The notes beneath the pieces were generated by a model. That model saw only the letters and a list, made by a program, of their open reading frames with translations, was not told the DNA's origin and did no database searches. A stretch of 64,000 bases of DNA from Candidatus Latescibacterota bacterium (GTDB lineage: Bacteria; Latescibacterota; UBA2968; UBA8231): the NCBI GenBank assembly GCA_965242865.1, contig CBDETK010000013.1:3456001-3520000 (forward strand), in the 5' to 3' direction. The position numbers and the translations under genes were made by a program. Positions 59,464 to 64,000 of the stretch are shown here, piece by piece; the stretch's first letter is position 1; each line of letters begins with the position of its first letter.

Positions 59464-60762
59464 ATGGAAGCAACCCGCACCCTGCACTCAGAACGCGCCA
59501 TCCTCGTCGGCGTCGCCCTGCCCAACATGCCCGCTTGGGAGGCCGAATACTCCCTCGACGAGCTCGGCCGCTTAGCGGCCACCGCCGGTCTCGTTGAGGC
59601 CGCGCGCCGCATCCAACGGCGCGAGCGCATTGACCCAGCCCACTACATCGGCAAGGGCAAGGCCGCTTCCCTCAAGCCGCTCGCGGCCGGCTGCCAAGCC
59701 GAGGTAATCGTCTTTGACAACGACCTCTCGCCGGCCCAGATGCGCAACTTGGAGCGCGTCACCCAACGCCGCATTCTCGACCGCAGCGCCGTGATCTTGG
59801 ACATCTTCGCCCGCCACGCCCGCACCCACACGGCGCAACTGCAAGTCGAGTTGGCCCAGCTCAACTACCTCCTGCCGCGCCTGACCCGCTACTGGACCCA
59901 CCTCTCGCGCCAAGCCGGCGGCGGGGCCATCCGCGGCATGGGGGCGGCCGGGGTCCGCGGCCCGGGCGAAACCCAGTTGGAAATTGACCGCCGCCTGATT
60001 CGCCGCCAGATCAACGCCCTAGAGGGCAAGCTCGACAAAATCGGCGTACAGATGGCGACCAACCGCAAAAATCGCGCGGATGCCTTTAAGGTGGCCCTCG
60101 TAGGCTATACCAACGCCGGCAAATCAACGCTGATGCGAGCGCTGTCGGGCGCGGATGTCCTCGTCGAGGATCAGCTCTTTGCCACCTTGGACTCAACCAC
60201 GCGCGCCGTGGCCCTCGACCGCGGCCACAAAATCCTGCTCACCGACACGGTCGGCTTTATCAATCGCCTGCCCCACCACCTGTTTGCCTCGTTTCGCGCC
60301 ACCCTCGAAGAGGCCGTGGAGGCCGACTTGCTGCTCCACGTCATCGACTTGAGCGTTCCGCACTGCGAGGCGCAGATCGCCACCGTTGAGCAAGTCCTGC
60401 ACAGCCTAGGGCTTGCAGACAGCCCCACCCTGAAGGTGTACAACAAAATCGATCAAGTAGCGCGCGGCCAAGAGGAGCGAATCATAACTGCGTATGCGGC
60501 CCGCGAAGACGCCATCGCCATCTCGGCCCGCCAAGGCATCAACCTCGACGCGCTGCGCGACAAAATCCGCGCGTCCAGCGCGGCCGGGGCCGTCACCTTG
60601 GAGCTACAGGTTCCCCAAGCCGAGGGCCGGCTCTTGGCCCATCTCCACCAGCAGGGCCAAGTCCTCGCAGAGACCTACACCGGCAACGACGTCTGCTTGT
60701 GCGTGCGCTTGGAAAAGACTTGGGCCAAGCGCTGGCGGCTAGAGCGCTTTGTCCCGGCCTGA
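59464..60762 (+). CDS. hflX: GTPase HflX
   Basis: RGPGETQLE.DRR, GYTNAGKST, LFATLD, DTVGFI, NKID. Confidence 0.96.
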   Translation: MEATRTLHSERAILVGVALPNMPAWEAEYSLDELGRLAATAGLVEAARRIQRRERIDPAHYIGKGKAASLKPLAAGCQAEVIVFDNDLSPAQMRNLERVTQRRILDRSAVILDIFARHARTHTAQLQVELAQLNYLLPRLTRYWTHLSRQAGGGAIRGMGAAGVRGPGETQLEIDRRLIRRQINALEGKLDKIGVQMATNRKNRADAFKVALVGYTNAGKSTLMRALSGADVLVEDQLFATLDSTTRAVALDRGHKILLTDTVGFINRLPHHLFASFRATLEEAVEADLLLHVIDLSVPHCEAQIATVEQVLHSLGLADSPTLKVYNKIDQVARGQEERIITAYAAREDAIAISARQGINLDALRDKIRASSAAGAVTLELQVPQAEGRLLAHLHQQGQVLAETYTGNDVCLCVRLEKTWAKRWRLERFVPA

Positions 60763-60763
60763 G

Positions 60764-61354
60764 CTATTCGGCCAAAATCCCCTTTGCCACGGCTGTGTCG
60801 ATCAGCTTCCGCGCATATTCCCACAACGCCGGTGCGCCTTCCCGGATGTGTGCGTTGTGGGCGATTACCTGCGCCTTTTTGACCCCATGGCGCTGCCACG
60901 CCGCTCCGTCGGTGTGCAGGTTGAGCAATAGCGGCTGCAGCCGGTCGAGCGCGGCCGCATAGCGCGCTTCCGCGCTCTGGCGCTGCTCAAACTCCTCCCA
61001 CAAGGCGCGATAGGTGCTGGCCTGATCGGCCGGCAACAGGCCGAACAGCCGGTCCGCCGCTTGCTGCTCGCGTTGGGCCTTGTCCGCGTTGCCGACTGCG
61101 TCATAGACGAAGGTGTCGCCAGCGTCAATCTCCACCACATCGTGGATCAACAGCATCTTGAGCACCTTCAGCAGATCGACTTCGGCCGCTGCGTACTCGA
61201 CTAGTAGCATGGCCATCACGCTCAGGTGCCACGAGTGTTCAGCGTCGTTTTCCCGCCGACGGTCGCCCGGCAACAGGGTCTGGCGAAAGACTTGGTTGAG
61301 TTGTTCGACTTCGAGGACGAAACCGAGTTGGGCTTCAAGACGCTCGGCATCCAT
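60764..61354 (-). CDS. HD-domain protein (YfbR/HDDC2-like 5'-deoxynucleotidase)
   Basis: RENDAEHSW, HDVVEIDAGD, LDRLQP. Confidence 0.88.
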   Translation of the reverse strand: MDAERLEAQLGFVLEVEQLNQVFRQTLLPGDRRRENDAEHSWHLSVMAMLLVEYAAAEVDLLKVLKMLLIHDVVEIDAGDTFVYDAVGNADKAQREQQAADRLFGLLPADQASTYRALWEEFEQRQSAEARYAAALDRLQPLLLNLHTDGAAWQRHGVKKAQVIAHNAHIREGAPALWEYARKLIDTAVAKGILAE

Positions 61355-61414
61355 CTATCGCTCCTTGGGGATTATTGGTTAGTTTGTAGGGACGAACTTA
61401 GACCGTTTAGTATA

Positions 61415-62209
61415 ATGACAAAAACGACTCCAGCCTTCGCCGTAACCACCACCTTGCGCCCCCGGCCCCAAGAGTGTGCGACCGCCCGCGGCATCGCGGC
61501 TGCAACCGGCTGTCCCTACGTGCCACGGGGCCGAGACGCGCTCGCCCAAGCCGCCGGCCGCGCCGGTCGTGCCGGCCTGCTCGTGGTCGAGCGCACGGAG
61601 CTTTCTTTGTGGGTGGCCGGCCGGCGTTTTCGCTACCATCCCAATATGGCCAAGCTGCGCGTACTGGCCTTGCAACAACGCAAAAGGGACGCCCTAATCG
61701 CCGCTATGCAACTCGCGCCCGGGGGAAGCGTCCTCGACTGCACCTGCGGATTGGGGGCCGACGCCATCGTCGCCTCTTGGGTGGTTCGCCCGGCTGGCCG
61801 CGTGTGCGCGCTCGAAGCCTCGCCCCTGTTGGCCCTGCTCGTCGAGCGCGGCTTGGCCTCCTGCGCGATCGACGACCCGCCCGCCCTCGTCCCGGCCATG
61901 CGCCGCGTCGAGGTTTGCTGCGCCGACTTTGCCCGCTATCTGCGCGGCGAAGCCGACGACACTTGGGATGTGGTTTACTTCGACCCCATGTTCACAGAGA
62001 CCATTGCCGATTCCGAGGGCCTAGATTTGGTCCGCTGCTTGGCCGAGGGAGGCGGTCCTTCCCCGGCCGATCTAGACCAAGCCCGCCGCGTCGCTCGCCG
62101 CCGAGTGGTGATGAAAGATCGCCAGCCCGGGCACGCGCTCGCCCACCTCGGTTTTGCCAAAGTCGAGGGGGGCCGCCGCGTCTGCTACGGCGTCCTGCCC
62201 GCTTGGTAG
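61415..62209 (+). CDS. Class I SAM-dependent methyltransferase (RsmJ-like)
   Basis: VLDCTCGLGAD, DVVYFDPMF, ARRRVVMK. Start uncertain. Confidence 0.8.
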   Translation: MTKTTPAFAVTTTLRPRPQECATARGIAAATGCPYVPRGRDALAQAAGRAGRAGLLVVERTELSLWVAGRRFRYHPNMAKLRVLALQQRKRDALIAAMQLAPGGSVLDCTCGLGADAIVASWVVRPAGRVCALEASPLLALLVERGLASCAIDDPPALVPAMRRVEVCCADFARYLRGEADDTWDVVYFDPMFTETIADSEGLDLVRCLAEGGGPSPADLDQARRVARRRVVMKDRQPGHALAHLGFAKVEGGRRVCYGVLPAW

Positions 62210-62222
62210 AAAGGAACGGATC

Positions 62223-62999
62223 GTGGAGCTATCCTGTTGTGCTTGGGCCTTGACCGGCTCGGAAGAAGACGCCCTTACTGCGCTGGCCGCTATCGGCTTC
62301 CGCTCCATAGACGTGCAGGCGAAAACCTTTGTCAGCCCGGCATCGCGGGCGCGCCTAGACGACCTCGGCCTGTCGGTCTCCTGCCTCGCGCTAAGTTTTA
62401 ATATGGAAGAGAGCGCGGCCCTCGACGGCGCGACCCCGGCTGCTCAACGCGCCGCCCTCGACCACTGCCGGGAAGCCCTCGACCACGCGGCCGCCCTCGG
62501 TGCCAGCACCGCATACATAGTCCCGGGGGACGATGCCGCTACGCTACCCCGGTTTGGCGAGGCCCTCGGACAGGTGGCAGACTTCGCGGCCGAGCGGGCG
62601 ATCCGCGTCGGGGTTGAGCACTTCCCCGGCAAAGCCCTGCCGACCGCGGCCGCGACCTTGGCGTACCTGTCCCGCTTGAACCACCCCAACCTCTACTTGC
62701 TCCTCGACACCGGGCACCTGCAGATGGCTGGGGAAGACCCGGCCACGGTCATCGCGGCCGCCGGCGACCGGCTCGGGTACGTGCATCTAGACGACAACGA
62801 CGGGAAAGCCGACTTGCACTGGCCCCTGCTGGCGGGCGTCCTGACCGAGGAGGCCCTCGCCGCGACCTTCGCCGCCCTCGCCCGGAGCGCGTACGACGGG
62901 CCAGCGAGCATTGAGCTCAGCCCCCAACTCCTCGACCCCGGGGCCGCCTTGGCCCAAAGCCGCGCTCGCGCCCTGCATGCGACTACGAGAGAAAAGTAA
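62223..62999 (+). CDS. Sugar phosphate isomerase/epimerase (AP endonuclease 2 TIM barrel)
   Basis: VEH, LLDTGHL, YVHLDDNDG..D.H, SIEL. Confidence 0.82.
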   Translation: MELSCCAWALTGSEEDALTALAAIGFRSIDVQAKTFVSPASRARLDDLGLSVSCLALSFNMEESAALDGATPAAQRAALDHCREALDHAAALGASTAYIVPGDDAATLPRFGEALGQVADFAAERAIRVGVEHFPGKALPTAAATLAYLSRLNHPNLYLLLDTGHLQMAGEDPATVIAAAGDRLGYVHLDDNDGKADLHWPLLAGVLTEEALAATFAALARSAYDGPASIELSPQLLDPGAALAQSRARALHATTREK

Positions 63000-63002
63000 A
63001 TC

Positions 63003-64000
63003 ATGCCCATCCTGCTTTTAGCCTTGCCCTTCATCGCCTGCACGGGCGACGAGGGCGGATACGTCCTCAAAAAGGTGCCGCGCAACCGGACCTTGATCAT
63101 GGATTGTCCCGAGGCCAACACCTGTGCCGGCCAGATCAAAGATTACAACTCCTTCAATCCCTTCATCCCGGGCAGCATCTCGCGGATAGGCTTCAACTTC
63201 CTGTACGAGCCGCTCTACTTCTTCAATGCCTACGAGGAAGACGCCGAGCTCATGCCTTGGATCGCCGAGAGCCACCGCTTCAACGCGGAGTACACCGAGC
63301 TGGTGGTCAACATCCGTCCGGGCGTCGAGTGGAGCGACGGCCAGCCGTGGTCGGCGCACGACTTGGCCTTTACCATCAACATGCTCGTGGAGCACGCCCC
63401 CCAGCTCGTGTACTCGACAGATATGGCGACTTGGGTCAAGGAGGCGGTCGCCCTCGACAGCCTGACGGCCCGCATCACCCTCAAGGAGCCCAATCCGCGC
63501 TTCCTCTTCAGCTACTTCGTCCACAGCGGCGACCAAGGCGTCCCCATCGTGCCCAAGCATATCTGGGCGGGCAAAGATCCCTTGACTTTTGCCAACTTCG
63601 ACCCGCAAAAAGGCTGGCCGGTTCTGACCGGCCCCTACCGCATGGTGCGTTCGGAGCCAGCCCAGCGGATTTGGGACCGGCGCGAGGGCTGGTGGGCCGA
63701 GAAGATCGGCTTTCAGGAGCCGCCGCAGGTCGAGCGGCTGATTTACCTGACGTACATGGAGGAGCACAAGCGCGTCCAAAACCTGATCGCCAACAACATC
63801 GACACCTGCTTGGAACTGCGCCCGGCCAACATGGTGTCTCTGTTGGAGCGCAACCGCAACATCACGACTTGGACCGGCCGCGAGCCGCCGTATAGCTACA
63901 TCACTTGGTGGCCCATCTCGCTGGGGTTTAACGGGCTAGAAGCTCCATGGTCCGATCCCGCGATGCGCCGCGCGGTCAACTACGCCATCGACCGCGAGCG
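63003..64000 (+). CDS. Family 5 ABC substrate-binding lipoprotein; runs off the window
   Basis: Not in the ORF track. MPILLLALPFIAC..., LYEPL, PWIAES, GVEWSDGQPWSAHD, TGPYR, RRAVNYAIDR. Confidence 0.85.
   Translation, partial: MPILLLALPFIACTGDEGGYVLKKVPRNRTLIMDCPEANTCAGQIKDYNSFNPFIPGSISRIGFNFLYEPLYFFNAYEEDAELMPWIAESHRFNAEYTELVVNIRPGVEWSDGQPWSAHDLAFTINMLVEHAPQLVYSTDMATWVKEAVALDSLTARITLKEPNPRFLFSYFVHSGDQGVPIVPKHIWAGKDPLTFANFDPQKGWPVLTGPYRMVRSEPAQRIWDRREGWWAEKIGFQEPPQVERLIYLTYMEEHKRVQNLIANNIDTCLELRPANMVSLLERNRNITTWTGREPPYSYITWWPISLGFNGLEAPWSDPAMRRAVNYAIDRE

Overview
GC-rich bacterial chromosomal window, mostly housekeeping: lnt, radC, nadK, ppiD, oppDF, a fab/acpP/rnc/rpmF cluster without plsX, ndk, msrB, glnD, folD, serS, a nine-gene Mrp-type antiporter operon and hflX. 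Secreted proteins with NxPNPFN FlgD/T9SS-like tails, a YWTD beta-propeller protein, ankyrin and collagen-like remnants and two PhyH dioxygenases suggest an FCB-group host-associated organism, possibly Latescibacterota/Gemmatimonadota-like and sponge-associated (inference only). The best candidates for undescribed biology are: (1) a partner-switching module at 24.8-31.5 kb (REC-PP2C, RsbW-like kinase, orphan periplasmic binding protein, TorS-like histidine kinase) with no sigma factor, whose STAS gene sits directly behind an ammonium transporter instead of glnK, about 1.3 kb from glnD; (2) a C4/CI-like antisense RNA switch at 41.6-41.76 kb in front of a lipoprotein gene cut by a decayed IS1595 element; (3) a G13 tract at the start of a GT-C-like membrane protein, a candidate phase-variation site; (4) a sigma54 promoter and leader hairpin ahead of radC and a DUF151 nuclease. 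All family assignments come from motif recognition by eye; no searches were run.
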